37,089 nt of DNA, taken from an uncultured bacterium. GTDB lineage: Bacteria; Patescibacteriota; Dojkabacteria; SC72. The translations under genes were made by a program, and so were the position numbers. Below the pieces are notes generated by a model. That model saw nothing but the letters and a program-made list of their open reading frames with translations. It made no database searches and had not been told where the DNA came from. How positions within the stretch are numbered: the stretch's first letter is position 1; each line of letters begins with the position of its first letter. The stretch spans positions 1-37,089 of the forward strand of contig CALDJM010000070.1 of assembly GCA_937899155.1 (NCBI GenBank). The letters are read 5' to 3'. Below, one piece after another: positions 25,020-34,748 of this stretch.

Positions 25020-25706
25020 ATGAAAAACTTCTTCAAATCTAAAAAATTACTCCTCTTTTCACTATTAGTTCTTTTTCTCATACCAATATCAATACTATCT
25101 ATTAGTATGGGTGTAATGAAAAGTACTCAGAAATACATATATAAAGAAGAAAACATTACTATTGAAAATGAAAAGAAATATGACGCAATACTTGTTTTAG
25201 GAAGCGGTGTAAGAGGTAATTCCCCTACCCCTATCCTCAAAGAAAGATTAGAAACAGGTATATCTCTATACAAAAATGGAATAGCTCCAAAAATCATCAT
25301 GAGTGGAGACCATGGTAAGAAATACTATGATGAGGTTAATATAATGAAAGATTATGCAAAGAAACAAGGTGTACCATCAGAAGATATCTTCATGGATCAT
25401 GCAGGTTTTTCAACATATGAAAGTATGTATAGGGCTGGATATATTTTTGATGTTAAGAGAATGGTTGTTGTATCACAAGAGTATCATCTGTACAGAGCTA
25501 TATATATTGCTAAGAAATTAAATATTGATGTAATTGGTGCTAATGCAACAAAAAGTATTATGAGTGGACATAGTTCTAGATTAACAAGAGAGATATTTGC
25601 ACAGAACAAAGATTTTTTTAAAGTCATACTAAAACCTAAACCTACATTTCTAGGAGAGAAAATATCGTTAGAAGGAAGTGGAGATGTTACGAATGATAGA
25701 GAATAA
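25020..25706 (+). CDS. sanA: SanA/YdcF (DUF218) family membrane-anchored protein
   Basis: DAILVLGSGVRGNSPTPILKERLETGISLY...IIMSGDHG...FMDHAGFSTYES is the SanA pattern. The track start at 25017 is TTG; the ATG at 25020 is preferred. Confidence 0.8.
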   Translation: MKNFFKSKKLLLFSLLVLFLIPISILSISMGVMKSTQKYIYKEENITIENEKKYDAILVLGSGVRGNSPTPILKERLETGISLYKNGIAPKIIMSGDHGKKYYDEVNIMKDYAKKQGVPSEDIFMDHAGFSTYESMYRAGYIFDVKRMVVVSQEYHLYRAIYIAKKLNIDVIGANATKSIMSGHSSRLTREIFAQNKDFFKVILKPKPTFLGEKISLEGSGDVTNDRE

Positions 25707-25768
25707 TTGACAAAACCATATCCTTTGAATAGACTGTATGGAGTAACTCTATTTTATCTGTCCACACA

Positions 25769-26380
25769 ATGTACGACTCTGAACCAGTAGAAGAACCAAC
25801 AACAAAAGAAAAGTTTGCATCTGCTTTAGGTTCCGTTGGGAAATTCATTCTTTCCTTTATAGAAACCGTTGTTGTTGCATTGGTCATATCTGTAGTCATA
25901 TATCTCTTCGTAATGACACCACATGAGGTTGTTGGGCAATCAATGCACCCTACATACAAAAATCAAGAAATGTTAATGGCAAACAAAATTGTATACAAGG
26001 TTGGAAAACCTAAAAGAGGAGATGTCATCATTTTCAAATATTCAGAAAATCAGGATTTTATAAAACGAATAATCGGTCTACCTGGTGAAAGTGTAATGCT
26101 CAAAGATGGTAAACTATACATAAATGGTAAACTACTTGATGAATCTCACTACCTCCAAAGCAGTGTGTATACTAATGGGGGTCAATATTTAACAGAAGGA
26201 GAGAATGTGACTGTTCCCGCAGGTAGATATTTTGTATGTGGAGATAATCGACCTCACAGCTCTGACTCTAGAGCTTTTGGACCAATTGACGAGAAAGATA
26301 TTAAGGGAAAAGCATGGATTGTTTACTACCCATTTGGTCAATTTAGACTTGTTAAGCATGAAATTTACCAAGGATTGTAG
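25769..26380 (+). CDS. lepB: Signal peptidase I
   Basis: 203 aa. TM helix, GQSMHPTY (catalytic Ser box), GDVIIFK, KRIIGLPGE (Lys box), GDNRPHSSDSR. Confidence 0.9.
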   Translation: MYDSEPVEEPTTKEKFASALGSVGKFILSFIETVVVALVISVVIYLFVMTPHEVVGQSMHPTYKNQEMLMANKIVYKVGKPKRGDVIIFKYSENQDFIKRIIGLPGESVMLKDGKLYINGKLLDESHYLQSSVYTNGGQYLTEGENVTVPAGRYFVCGDNRPHSSDSRAFGPIDEKDIKGKAWIVYYPFGQFRLVKHEIYQGL

Positions 26381-26412
26381 AATTCTTGTGTGAAACATGC
26401 TAATCTTTATAT

Positions 26413-27207
26413 ATGCAAATATTCGTAATCGCAAATCAAAAAGGTGGAGTTGGTAAGACAACAACAGTCATGAATTTAGGTGCTGCACTAGCACAAAAGA
26501 AAAAGAAAGTCCTCCTCATTGACCTTGATCCTCAGTCAAACCTCTCTTCAGGAGTTGGATTCACTCAACAATTTGACAAACAAAGCTGGGATTCAACAGA
26601 CCAAGCACCGTACAAGAGTGTGTACGATGTTTTAATTCAGGGAGAACCCATCTCTTCTGTATTTGTAGCTACAACATCTCCAAACCTCTTCCTACTTCCT
26701 TCCCACCTCTCTCTTGCAGGTGCAGAAATAGAGATGGTAAACATGATTTCTAGAGAACTACTTCTAAAGAAAGCTTTAGATGGTATGCATGAAGAATTTG
26801 ACTATGTTCTAATTGATTGTCCACCATCCCTAGGCCTTCTAACAATTAATGCTCTTAGTGCTGCCAAGAAACTCATAATCCCAATACAGTGTGAATACTT
26901 CGCTTTAGAAGGTTTAGGACAGTTAATTGAAACAACCAAGTTAATAAAAGGGGTCAACCCATCGCTTAAAATAGGTGGTATCGTACTAACAATGTATGAC
27001 AGTAGAACCAAACTCTCACAAAGTGTTGTTGATGATGTAAAAGAATTTTTCAAGGATACAGCATTCAAATCCATAGTACCTAGAAATGTAAGACTCTCAG
27101 AATCTCCATCTCATGGGAAAACAATCTTTCAATACGATAAAAATTCAACCGGTGCAATGGCATACAACAAATTAGCAAACGAATTTATTAAAAGATTCGA
27201 AGATTAA
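26413..27207 (+). CDS. parA: ParA/Soj chromosome-partitioning ATPase
   Basis: 264 aa. Deviant Walker A NQKGGVGKTTT, DLDPQ and DCPPSLG. Confidence 0.9.
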   Translation: MQIFVIANQKGGVGKTTTVMNLGAALAQKKKKVLLIDLDPQSNLSSGVGFTQQFDKQSWDSTDQAPYKSVYDVLIQGEPISSVFVATTSPNLFLLPSHLSLAGAEIEMVNMISRELLLKKALDGMHEEFDYVLIDCPPSLGLLTINALSAAKKLIIPIQCEYFALEGLGQLIETTKLIKGVNPSLKIGGIVLTMYDSRTKLSQSVVDDVKEFFKDTAFKSIVPRNVRLSESPSHGKTIFQYDKNSTGAMAYNKLANEFIKRFED

Positions 27208-27224
27208 ATTAAGTAAGTAAAAAT

Positions 27225-28097
27225 ATGAACGAATCACAAAGATTAGGAAAAGGATTAGCTGCCTTGATTAGTTCCAATGAAATAGATAACTCTACTAGCT
27301 CTTTCAATCCTAATTTTGATATTGAAAAGATTGCTCCTAACCCATACCAGCCTAGAATGCATATAGAACCAGAGGAGTTAATTGAAATTGCAGATTCAAT
27401 TAGAGAGCATGGTGTGATACAACCATTAATTATCACAAAAAGAAAAGATGGAGATGGATACTACTTAATAGCTGGAGAAAGAAGATTAAGAGCTTCACAG
27501 CTTGCAGGTCTTAAGAGTGTACCTGTTGTAATCAAGGATAGTTCACCAAAAGAGATGTTAGAGATTGCAATCATTGAGAATGTTCAAAGGAGAGATTTGA
27601 ATCCCCTTGAGGAAGCATATGCATACAAACAGATGCAAGATGAATTTGGTATGTCTCAAAATGAGATAGCAAAAAAAGTTGGTTTAAACAGAGTTACAAT
27701 TACAAACAAAATTAGATTGCTTAATATTCCAGAGCCTGTCAAAGAGGATATTTTAAATGAAAGATTAAGTGAAGGACATGCCAGAGCACTTTTGGGTATT
27801 AAGGATAGGACTTCTTTAATAGCTGCAGCAGATTTAGTAATAAAAAGAAGTATGAGTGTTAGAGAAACTGAATTGCTTGTAAGAAAGATTTCGTATGGTA
27901 AAGGCTCTACTACTCGATTATGGAAAACTACAGATGCTCAAACAGATAAGTATTCTGAGCAGTTAAGTAAGAAGCTTGGATATACAGCACATATTAGAAA
28001 GATGACAAAAGGAGGGAAGTTAACAATTAGATATAATACTGTTGATGAACTAGATGACCTAATGAAGAAACTTCTTGAGAATGATTTTAAGAAGTAA
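27225..28097 (+). CDS. parB: ParB/Spo0J partition protein
   Basis: 290 aa. PNPYQPR, GVIQPLII, YYLIAGERRLRAS, and the HTH MSQNEIAKKVGLNRVTITNKIRLL. Confidence 0.9.
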   Translation: MNESQRLGKGLAALISSNEIDNSTSSFNPNFDIEKIAPNPYQPRMHIEPEELIEIADSIREHGVIQPLIITKRKDGDGYYLIAGERRLRASQLAGLKSVPVVIKDSSPKEMLEIAIIENVQRRDLNPLEEAYAYKQMQDEFGMSQNEIAKKVGLNRVTITNKIRLLNIPEPVKEDILNERLSEGHARALLGIKDRTSLIAAADLVIKRSMSVRETELLVRKISYGKGSTTRLWKTTDAQTDKYSEQLSKKLGYTAHIRKMTKGGKLTIRYNTVDELDDLMKKLLENDFKK

Positions 28098-28833
28098 CCT
28101 CTTGTCTTAGTTTTTCATATGTCAGTACTGATGCAGTTGCACTAACATTAAGTGAACCTATACCCTCTCTCATTGGGATTGAAAGCATTCCATCTACCCT
28201 CTCAAGTATTCCTGTAGAAATACCGACATCTTCCGCACCCATCACAAAAGCAATTGGACCTCTCAGATTCTCTTCATAGTAGTTTTTCCCCTCCATATGT
28301 ATTGCATATGTCTTAATATCATGCTCTCTAAGAGTCTTGAGAGCCTCAAAGAGCTTCATCTCTACCAACGGTACTCTCTCTGCAGCTCCCATTGAGATTC
28401 TGATTGTCTCATCAGATATTAAACTCTTCTTTTGAGGATTAACAATTATCCCATTAACACCTACAGCAAAAGCAGTCCTCATTATGGCTGCAATATTCTG
28501 AGAATACTTCAAATCATCTAAAATCAAAAAGAAGGGCTGTTTACCCTCTTCATATATTTTCTCTAAAAGCTCTCTTAGAGTCCAACTATTTTGGGAATAC
28601 ATCACACCAACAATACTCTCAGCAGAAGAAGACCTAAGCCTCCTATTAATTGCTTTTCTGGAAACTTTTAGAATTGGAATTCTCTTCTCTCCTGCAAGTC
28701 TGTATATCTCTTTGCTTTTTTCATCTTTAAAAGCACTACCAGCTGCATATATTCTATCAAACTCCCTACCCTCTTTTAAAAGCTCCAAAAGGGCATTTTT
28801 ACTCTCTATCTGTATAAATCTGGATTTAGCCAT
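28087..28833 (-). CDS. TrmH/SpoU-family RNA 2-prime-O-methyltransferase (RlmB-like)
   Basis: 248 aa. N-terminal SpoU substrate-binding-like region, NIAAIMRTAFAVGVNGIIV, FVMGAEDVGIS, IPMREGIGSLNVSATASV. Confidence 0.85.
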   Translation of the reverse strand: MAKSRFIQIESKNALLELLKEGREFDRIYAAGSAFKDEKSKEIYRLAGEKRIPILKVSRKAINRRLRSSSAESIVGVMYSQNSWTLRELLEKIYEEGKQPFFLILDDLKYSQNIAAIMRTAFAVGVNGIIVNPQKKSLISDETIRISMGAAERVPLVEMKLFEALKTLREHDIKTYAIHMEGKNYYEENLRGPIAFVMGAEDVGISTGILERVDGMLSIPMREGIGSLNVSATASVLTYEKLRQEVTS

Positions 28834-28843
28834 AGCTCTATGA

Positions 28844-29104
28844 CTATTTTACTACATCTACGAAGAACTTTCCTCTCTTAAATCCACTCATCCTTCTAAA
28901 AGCAACTGTACCATCTGTTTGAGCATGGATTGTATGTGTCTTTCCCATGTATGTATTATCACCAGGATGATAGACAGAACCCTTCTGCCTGACAATGATA
29001 TTCCCAGCTTTTACCTGCTCTCCAGCATACTTCTTAACACCAAGCCTTTTTCCAGCTACTTTACCATGATTTGATGTTGTACTACCTGCCGCGACCTTTG
29101 CCAT
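28844..29104 (-). CDS. rpmA: 50S ribosomal protein L27
   Basis: 86 aa. GKRLGVKKYAGEQVKAGNIIVRQKGSVYHPGDN..GKTHTIHAQTDGTVAF is canonical L27. No Firmicute-type N-terminal propeptide. Confidence 0.93.
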   Translation of the reverse strand: MAKVAAGSTTSNHGKVAGKRLGVKKYAGEQVKAGNIIVRQKGSVYHPGDNTYMGKTHTIHAQTDGTVAFRRMSGFKRGKFFVDVVK

Positions 29105-29134
29105 GTAATATTTACTTCAAGTTATATACACATA

Positions 29135-30325
29135 CTAGGTTCTTTCCAGTATGAAAATGTTTCGGGTAATGATACTATTTTTTCTGCTCCACTTCAAGTC
29201 CCCTGATGTTAGAGATGAATTTTTCAGATCCCATCGTTTTCCTACCAACTCTCTAATTCCAAAAGTTATCCAACCTTTATCTGTTTTGTATGACGGAACA
29301 ATCATTACAATTTTTATACCTCTCTTTTGTAGTTTGATATCTATCAAATCAAAAAGCTTCTTATACAAAGCCTTTACATCACCCAAAAGCTTGTTTGCAT
29401 ACTCTACAGAAAGAACTCTCGTCTGTGGTGGTCCCATATACGGTTCACAAACAATTGCATTTATCTCTGTGTTTTTTAATTTATTAACAATATCCGGGTT
29501 GGGTTTAAGAATATCAAACTGAAATGCTTGATACAGGGTTTTATTGGTTATCTGCCCATCTTCTAAAAGCCACTTGATATTATTATCTGTATCTATGACA
29601 GCTCTTGAATCAATATCTGATGCTAAGAAGTTAAAATCTAAGACAGCAGCCTCCATTAGAATTGTACCTGATCCACAAAATGGATCCCAGATAGTCCCTC
29701 CCTTTAAACCTGTAAGATTAACCATCATTCTTGCCAATTTAGTTGGGAGTGTACCCATTTCATGATTGCTTTCAGGTCTTTGTATATCCCTACTTACAAA
29801 ACCTTCTAAATCTTGTATATCTAATGTCTTCCCATATATTTCTTGATTTCCATTTCTGATTAAGAGAAGTTCAAAGCCTTCAGAAAGAATACTGTTTTTA
29901 ATAACCTGTGCAGCATTTAAAGAAAGTTCTCTATCTTTTGGTAGTATAAATCTTGAAGATGTGGAATTTTCTTTTAACTTTCTTTTAATATTATTTGCTA
30001 ATTTTTTCAAAAAAGAGCTATCTGTTCTCTCTGTATTACCTAATATTGATATCCCAAATGTTATTTTAGACTTCTGTTGACTATTCATTTCAAAAGAATC
30101 TATATCTTCAACTATCTCACCTATTCTTACAGCACCTCCTAACCTTGAAAATATTGTCATAGCAAGCTCTACTGTTAGCTTCTTATCAACATTCAAAAGA
30201 AATACTGAATCGCCATACTTGGTTAAATACTTCTTAGTTAGTCCAAATGCTAAAAGCACAGAGTGTAATTCTGCAAATGATATCTCTGGGAATGCTCCCG
30301 ATTGAATGAAAAGCTGTTTGGGCAT
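29135..30325 (-). CDS. SAM-dependent methyltransferase of the UPF0020/THUMP-associated (RNA N2-guanine MTase-like) type
   Basis: 396 aa. LARMMVNLTGLKGGTIWDPFCGSGTILMEAA (motif I) and AIVCEPYMGPP (variant of the NPPY motif IV). The N-terminal 180 aa are unassigned. Confidence 0.65.
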   Translation of the reverse strand: MPKQLFIQSGAFPEISFAELHSVLLAFGLTKKYLTKYGDSVFLLNVDKKLTVELAMTIFSRLGGAVRIGEIVEDIDSFEMNSQQKSKITFGISILGNTERTDSSFLKKLANNIKRKLKENSTSSRFILPKDRELSLNAAQVIKNSILSEGFELLLIRNGNQEIYGKTLDIQDLEGFVSRDIQRPESNHEMGTLPTKLARMMVNLTGLKGGTIWDPFCGSGTILMEAAVLDFNFLASDIDSRAVIDTDNNIKWLLEDGQITNKTLYQAFQFDILKPNPDIVNKLKNTEINAIVCEPYMGPPQTRVLSVEYANKLLGDVKALYKKLFDLIDIKLQKRGIKIVMIVPSYKTDKGWITFGIRELVGKRWDLKNSSLTSGDLKWSRKNSIITRNIFILERT

Positions 30326-30329
30326 TTTA

Positions 30330-30788
30330 TTAAATACTTTTAACTAATACTCTAGTGATACTTGGTCTAAAACCGTACCTTCTTCTTTGTCTAGATTTAG
30401 CTTTGTATGTGAAGCCTTCGATCTTTTTGCCTTTTTTATGAGATGTTATTTCTAATTTGACAGATGCACCATCGATATATGGCTTTCCTAATTTAACATC
30501 CTTACCATCAGAAATTAAGAGTACTTCTTTAATCTCTAACTTATCACCTTTATTTCCCTCTAATCTGTTTACCTCATACTCCATACCTTCTGAGACTTTA
30601 AGCTGTACACCTGAAATTGCTATAACTGCAAATTTAGCAGAAGTCTTCTCTGTGTTTTTCACTTCTTTTTTTACAACCTTTTTTGCAACGGTTGCTTTCT
30701 TTTCCTCTTTTTTAACAACTTTCTTAGGCTCTGCCTTCTTTGTTGCTGTTGTTTTCTTTTCTGTTTTTGTTTCTTTTGTTGTTGCCAT
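30330..30788 (-). CDS. rplU: 50S ribosomal protein L21 with a Lys-rich N-terminal extension
   Basis: 152 aa. FAVIAISGVQLKVSEG...KVEGFTYKAKSRQRRRYGFRPSITRVLV-type L21 core, preceded by about 50 residues of K/T/E/V low complexity. Confidence 0.9.
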   Translation of the reverse strand: MATTKETKTEKKTTATKKAEPKKVVKKEEKKATVAKKVVKKEVKNTEKTSAKFAVIAISGVQLKVSEGMEYEVNRLEGNKGDKLEIKEVLLISDGKDVKLGKPYIDGASVKLEITSHKKGKKIEGFTYKAKSRQRRRYGFRPSITRVLVKSI

Positions 30789-30796
30789 AGTAAAGG

Positions 30797-30825
30797 ATTT
30801 TATGCTATGTAAAGGTAAAAGTCAA
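30797..30825 (-). promoter_or_regulatory. Sigma70-like promoter TTGACT-17 nt-TAAAAT, with the -10 ending 8 nt before the rplU ATG
   Basis: The reverse complement of 30820-30825 is TTGACT and of 30797-30802 is TAAAAT. The spacer is exactly 17 nt. No SD in the 8-nt gap. Confidence 0.45.
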
Positions 30826-30833
30826 CAACTTTA

Positions 30834-32156
30834 TTACTTTTCATAAATTTCAACTATATCTGCACTCTTTGTTCGTACTTTTTGTGCATTCTGTTTACCT
30901 ACATTATTAACTAAACCTAGTGCTGCAAGTGTAATAATTGTAATTGTACCTCCTGCACTCATAAGAGGCAGAGGAATACCCGTTGCTGGTATGCCACCTG
31001 TATTTGTTCCTATATTTATAAATATCTCTAAAAGAATTTTTACTCCAACACCAATACATATTAAAGAAAGAGCTGTATCACTTTCACTAGCTATTGCACT
31101 CCAGAAAGAGAATATTATGAGAATCGCATAGAGTGTCATCAAAAAAAGGCTTCCAACAAGACCAAATTCTTCTGCAAAAGCTGCAAATATGAAGTCTGTT
31201 CTAAATTCAGGAAGAAAATTCCTCTTGCTTTGTGTCCCATTTCCAAACCCTTTCCCAAATATCTGTCCTGAGCCTATTGCTATTTTTGATTGATTAACAT
31301 TAAAAAGCTTGTCTGGTGATATTTCTTCTGGTGCAATGAAAGCTACAATTCTTGTTTTTTGGTATTCTTTTAATACTTTATGCCATGCTACTGAGGTAAT
31401 GCCCCCAAGAATTAATGCTAATGAAAGAGATATTGTGATTAATATTTTCCAATTATCTTTGACATAGAAGCCAAGAATCGAGATTACTACAGAGGGTATA
31501 AGGAGAAGATACCAGAGATTGTTTCCTGTTACAGAGGAAAATAGAAAAGCTCCTACTGTAAGAGAGATTATAGAGAGAAGAACGAAATTTCTAATCGGAC
31601 TGTTTAATCCCATGAATGCTAGAACAAACCATATCCCAAATGTTAAGAGTGTCATACTTCCACTTGGCTGAAGATATATCAAGAGAAGTATAGGAAGAGT
31701 TAGTATGAAGGATATTAGAAAGAGAAACCATTCATTAAATTTCTTTTTGAAAGAGAATATTGCTGCTGTTAGGATTATGACTGTTAGTTTTGCAATTTCA
31801 GAAGGCTGTATTTGTATAGGACCTATGACAAGCCATCTTTTAACATTTTTGATTGGGGGTCCAAAGAGTAGTGTGGCAACAAGTAGTGCTATTGTAAATA
31901 TATATATTACAAGTAGTAATTGCCACTGTTTTAGTGATGATAGGTCTATTTTGCTTAATATGTAAAACAGAAGTATTCCAACTGCAAGAAATAGTAATTG
32001 TTTTGTAAAAATAGAGTTATCACCAATACCTCCTGTTGGTAGAATTAGTGTTGAATAGAGAGTAAGTAACCCAATTATTACTAATGAAGCAATAGTAAAT
32101 AGGAATGTCCAATTAAAAAGACCTTTTCCTTCACGAGGAGCTTTCAATGAATTCAT
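30834..32156 (-). CDS. ftsW: SEDS-family protein FtsW/RodA (context suggests FtsW)
   Basis: 440 aa with about 10 TM helices. Motifs typical of FtsW/RodA: GPIQIQPSEIAKL, PEFRTDFIFAAFAEEFG, and GGIPATGIPLPLMSAGGT near the C-terminus. Immediately downstream of ftsZ. Confidence 0.85.
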   Translation of the reverse strand: MNSLKAPREGKGLFNWTFLFTIASLVIIGLLTLYSTLILPTGGIGDNSIFTKQLLFLAVGILLFYILSKIDLSSLKQWQLLLVIYIFTIALLVATLLFGPPIKNVKRWLVIGPIQIQPSEIAKLTVIILTAAIFSFKKKFNEWFLFLISFILTLPILLLIYLQPSGSMTLLTFGIWFVLAFMGLNSPIRNFVLLSIISLTVGAFLFSSVTGNNLWYLLLIPSVVISILGFYVKDNWKILITISLSLALILGGITSVAWHKVLKEYQKTRIVAFIAPEEISPDKLFNVNQSKIAIGSGQIFGKGFGNGTQSKRNFLPEFRTDFIFAAFAEEFGLVGSLFLMTLYAILIIFSFWSAIASESDTALSLICIGVGVKILLEIFINIGTNTGGIPATGIPLPLMSAGGTITIITLAALGLVNNVGKQNAQKVRTKSADIVEIYEK

Positions 32157-32179
32157 GTTTGATTATACTAAAGATAGGA

Positions 32180-33391
32180 CTACTTTTTCTCTCTCATGAA
32201 TGCTGGAACATCTAGTGGGTCTTCAACTTGAAGATTTGCTGGTGGTTCTATGCTATCTTCTGAGTCTACAATTTCATCTACATCGTCTTGACTGTCAAAA
32301 GAATCGAGTGTTTCAGCTACTTTCTCTGTGGTTATTTCTTCAGATGATGGTGGTGTTGGTCTGTCAAATCCAAATGTTCTAACAGGTGGTACAGAGGATC
32401 CTTCTTCTTGTTGTTTCTGTCTATATACCTGCTTTGACTCGTCAAAACCTGTTGCAACAATGGTAATTGTTAGTTCATCTCCAGCTTCAGGATTAATCTG
32501 TGCTCCAAATTTAATATTTGCTGATGGATCTACTGCCTCTCTAATCAATTCTGATACTTCACTGATTTCAGCAAGGGTTAAGTCTGCACCAACAATATTG
32601 TACAAAACTCCAGTAGCACCTTCGATTGACATATCTAAGAGTGGGCTTGATGTTGCTGCTCTTGCAGCATCTTCTGCCCTGTTGTCTCCTGATGCTCTTC
32701 CTATACCCATGAGTGCAGTTCCTGCATTTTCCATTACTGATTTAGCATCATTGAAGTCTGCATTGATATATCCTGTTTCACTAATCAAGTTTGATATGCT
32801 GTTTACACCTTCTGCTAGAACGGAGTCTACTTTTTTCATAGCATCTATAAAGGACAGTTTTTCACTTTCATTAACTATTTCTAAGAGTCTTTGGTTGGGG
32901 ACTATAATTAGGGTATCTACTTTATCTCGAAGTTTTGCAATTCCTTCTTCTGCTATTTCCCTTCGTTTGTTACCTTCAAAATCAAATGGTTTTGTTACAA
33001 CAGCAACTGTTAATGCTCCCATGTTTTTGGCTACTCCTGCAATTACTGGAGCTGCTCCTGTACCTGTACCACCTCCCATACCTGCCGTGATAAAGACCAT
33101 ATTTGCACCTTCAAGATGCTCCTGTATCTGATCTAGACTCTCCTCTGCAGCCTGTGCACCTAAGTCTGAGTTTCCACCAACTCCTAAGCCTTTGGTAAGT
33201 TCTTCTCCTAGCTGGAGTGTAACTGCTGCCTGAGACATTTTTAGTGCCTGTGCATCTGTATTGAATGCCATAAATTCAACTCCAGCAATATCATAATCAG
33301 AAATCATTGTATTTATTGCATTACAACCACCACCTCCCACACCGATTACTTTTATTTTTGCTACTGGATCTACATTTGTGCTAACTAACAT
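32180..33391 (-). CDS. ftsZ: Cell division GTPase FtsZ
   Basis: 403 aa. GVGGGGCNAIN, the GGGTGTGAAPVIA tubulin signature, and the C-terminal peptide DPLDVPAFMR. Confidence 0.97.
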   Translation of the reverse strand: MLVSTNVDPVAKIKVIGVGGGGCNAINTMISDYDIAGVEFMAFNTDAQALKMSQAAVTLQLGEELTKGLGVGGNSDLGAQAAEESLDQIQEHLEGANMVFITAGMGGGTGTGAAPVIAGVAKNMGALTVAVVTKPFDFEGNKRREIAEEGIAKLRDKVDTLIIVPNQRLLEIVNESEKLSFIDAMKKVDSVLAEGVNSISNLISETGYINADFNDAKSVMENAGTALMGIGRASGDNRAEDAARAATSSPLLDMSIEGATGVLYNIVGADLTLAEISEVSELIREAVDPSANIKFGAQINPEAGDELTITIVATGFDESKQVYRQKQQEEGSSVPPVRTFGFDRPTPPSSEEITTEKVAETLDSFDSQDDVDEIVDSEDSIEPPANLQVEDPLDVPAFMREKK

Positions 33392-33418
33392 AATTGTCTT
33401 ACTGTAAATTTAAATTCT

Positions 33419-34717
33419 TTATGGCAGTAATGACTTAAACCATTCGCTTATTTTACCAAAAAATCCTTTCATATCAACCTTACCTTTTTCGCCTGCTCCA
33501 CTACCTACATCTACATCATCATCTATTGCATGTTTTATTGAACCTTGTACACAAGCATATGCTGGGTCTGAAATTTCTTCTGTCATTCCTGTTAACCCAG
33601 ATGGGTATGCTACTCGACCTGTAACTTTAGAAATGTCCTGTGCATATTTTGTAATGTCTCTTAGCAATGAGCTCCCTCCTGTGAGAACAATACCTGCTGG
33701 CATTGCTATGTCATATCCTGCTTTGGAGATGTTTTCCTTTACCATTTCAAAGATTTCTTCACACCTTGCTTTCACAATCTTGCTAAGCATCTCTTTGGAA
33801 ACTTTTTTATCTATTCCTATTGCATTTAAATCTAAGTCTTCTTCTTTCTTTTTCTGTACTGGAGGTTCTTTTTTCCTTAATATTGTTGGGATAGAGGCTA
33901 TGTCTTTTGTTTTTGACCCATCATATTTAGTGTCAAATAGTGTGTTCATATTGACCTTGATTTTCTCAGCCTCTTCTAAAGATACTTGTAGTCCTATTGC
34001 TATGTCACTGGTGATACTAATACCTCCTAGAGGTACACATGCACTATATATTATTGATCCTTCTTGAAAGATTGTAATACCTGTTGTACCAGCCCCTATG
34101 TCTAAAAGTGTTACTCCTAGCTCTTTTTCTGTATCGGTTAGAACCGCTAAAGAGGATGCCCATGCTGTAAATATGACATCACATACTGTTGCACCTACTT
34201 GCTCAACACATTTTTTGATGTTTTGCCAATACGAGTTAGGAGCTGTAATAATATGTGTTTCAACTTCTAGCCTTCCACCACTCATTCCTATTGGGTATTT
34301 GATACCTCCTTGACTATCAACTACAAATTCTCGAGGAATGATGTGTATTGGATTTAGATTGTCTGGGAGAGAAAGGGTTCTTGCATTTTCTATCGCCCTA
34401 TATGTGTCATCAATAGTTATTTCACTTCCTGATACAGCTACGACACCTTTGTTGTTTAAGCTTGTTACTTGTTCACCGTTAATTGAAACAACAACATCGG
34501 AGACTGTTACACCTGCCATTCTTTCGGCTGCTGTTACACTTTCCAGAATGGAACTGGTTGCATCGTCAATATTAACGACTACACCTTTTTTAATTCCTTT
34601 GCTTGGATAGGCACAAACACCTATGACTGTTGGATTCTTCCCATCTTCAACAGAGGTTATTAGAGTAGTGATTTTCGAGGTTCCAACATCTATCGCGGTT
34701 ATTATTTTTCGTGCCAT
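33419..34717 (-). CDS. ftsA: Cell division protein FtsA
   Basis: 432 aa. Actin-like ATPase motifs AIDVGTSK, LLDIGAGTTGITIF and IVLTGGSSLL. C-terminal amphipathic tail GFFGKISEWFKSLL. Confidence 0.93.
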   Translation of the reverse strand: MARKIITAIDVGTSKITTLITSVEDGKNPTVIGVCAYPSKGIKKGVVVNIDDATSSILESVTAAERMAGVTVSDVVVSINGEQVTSLNNKGVVAVSGSEITIDDTYRAIENARTLSLPDNLNPIHIIPREFVVDSQGGIKYPIGMSGGRLEVETHIITAPNSYWQNIKKCVEQVGATVCDVIFTAWASSLAVLTDTEKELGVTLLDIGAGTTGITIFQEGSIIYSACVPLGGISITSDIAIGLQVSLEEAEKIKVNMNTLFDTKYDGSKTKDIASIPTILRKKEPPVQKKKEEDLDLNAIGIDKKVSKEMLSKIVKARCEEIFEMVKENISKAGYDIAMPAGIVLTGGSSLLRDITKYAQDISKVTGRVAYPSGLTGMTEEISDPAYACVQGSIKHAIDDDVDVGSGAGEKGKVDMKGFFGKISEWFKSLLP

Positions 34718-34748
34718 ATGTATATAACAGTATTATTTTACTTAACTT

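Noticed and set aside
26382-26397. Possible parS site upstream of parA (contains GTGAAACA).
   Set aside because: Only the right half matches the TGTTTCACGTGAAACA consensus. The left half matches at about 2 of 8 positions. I found no full parS-like palindrome in the window.
32328-33131. 267 aa plus-strand ORF in the track, along with similar long antisense ORFs at 22302-22799, 33633-34067, 30457-30846, 29151-29522 and 15004-15336.
   Set aside because: Each lies entirely antisense to a confidently identified gene (ftsZ, gatB, ftsA, rplU, the methyltransferase, the CofE-like gene). Their translations are low-complexity S/L/F/I-rich strings, typical of the reverse frame of K/E-rich genes.
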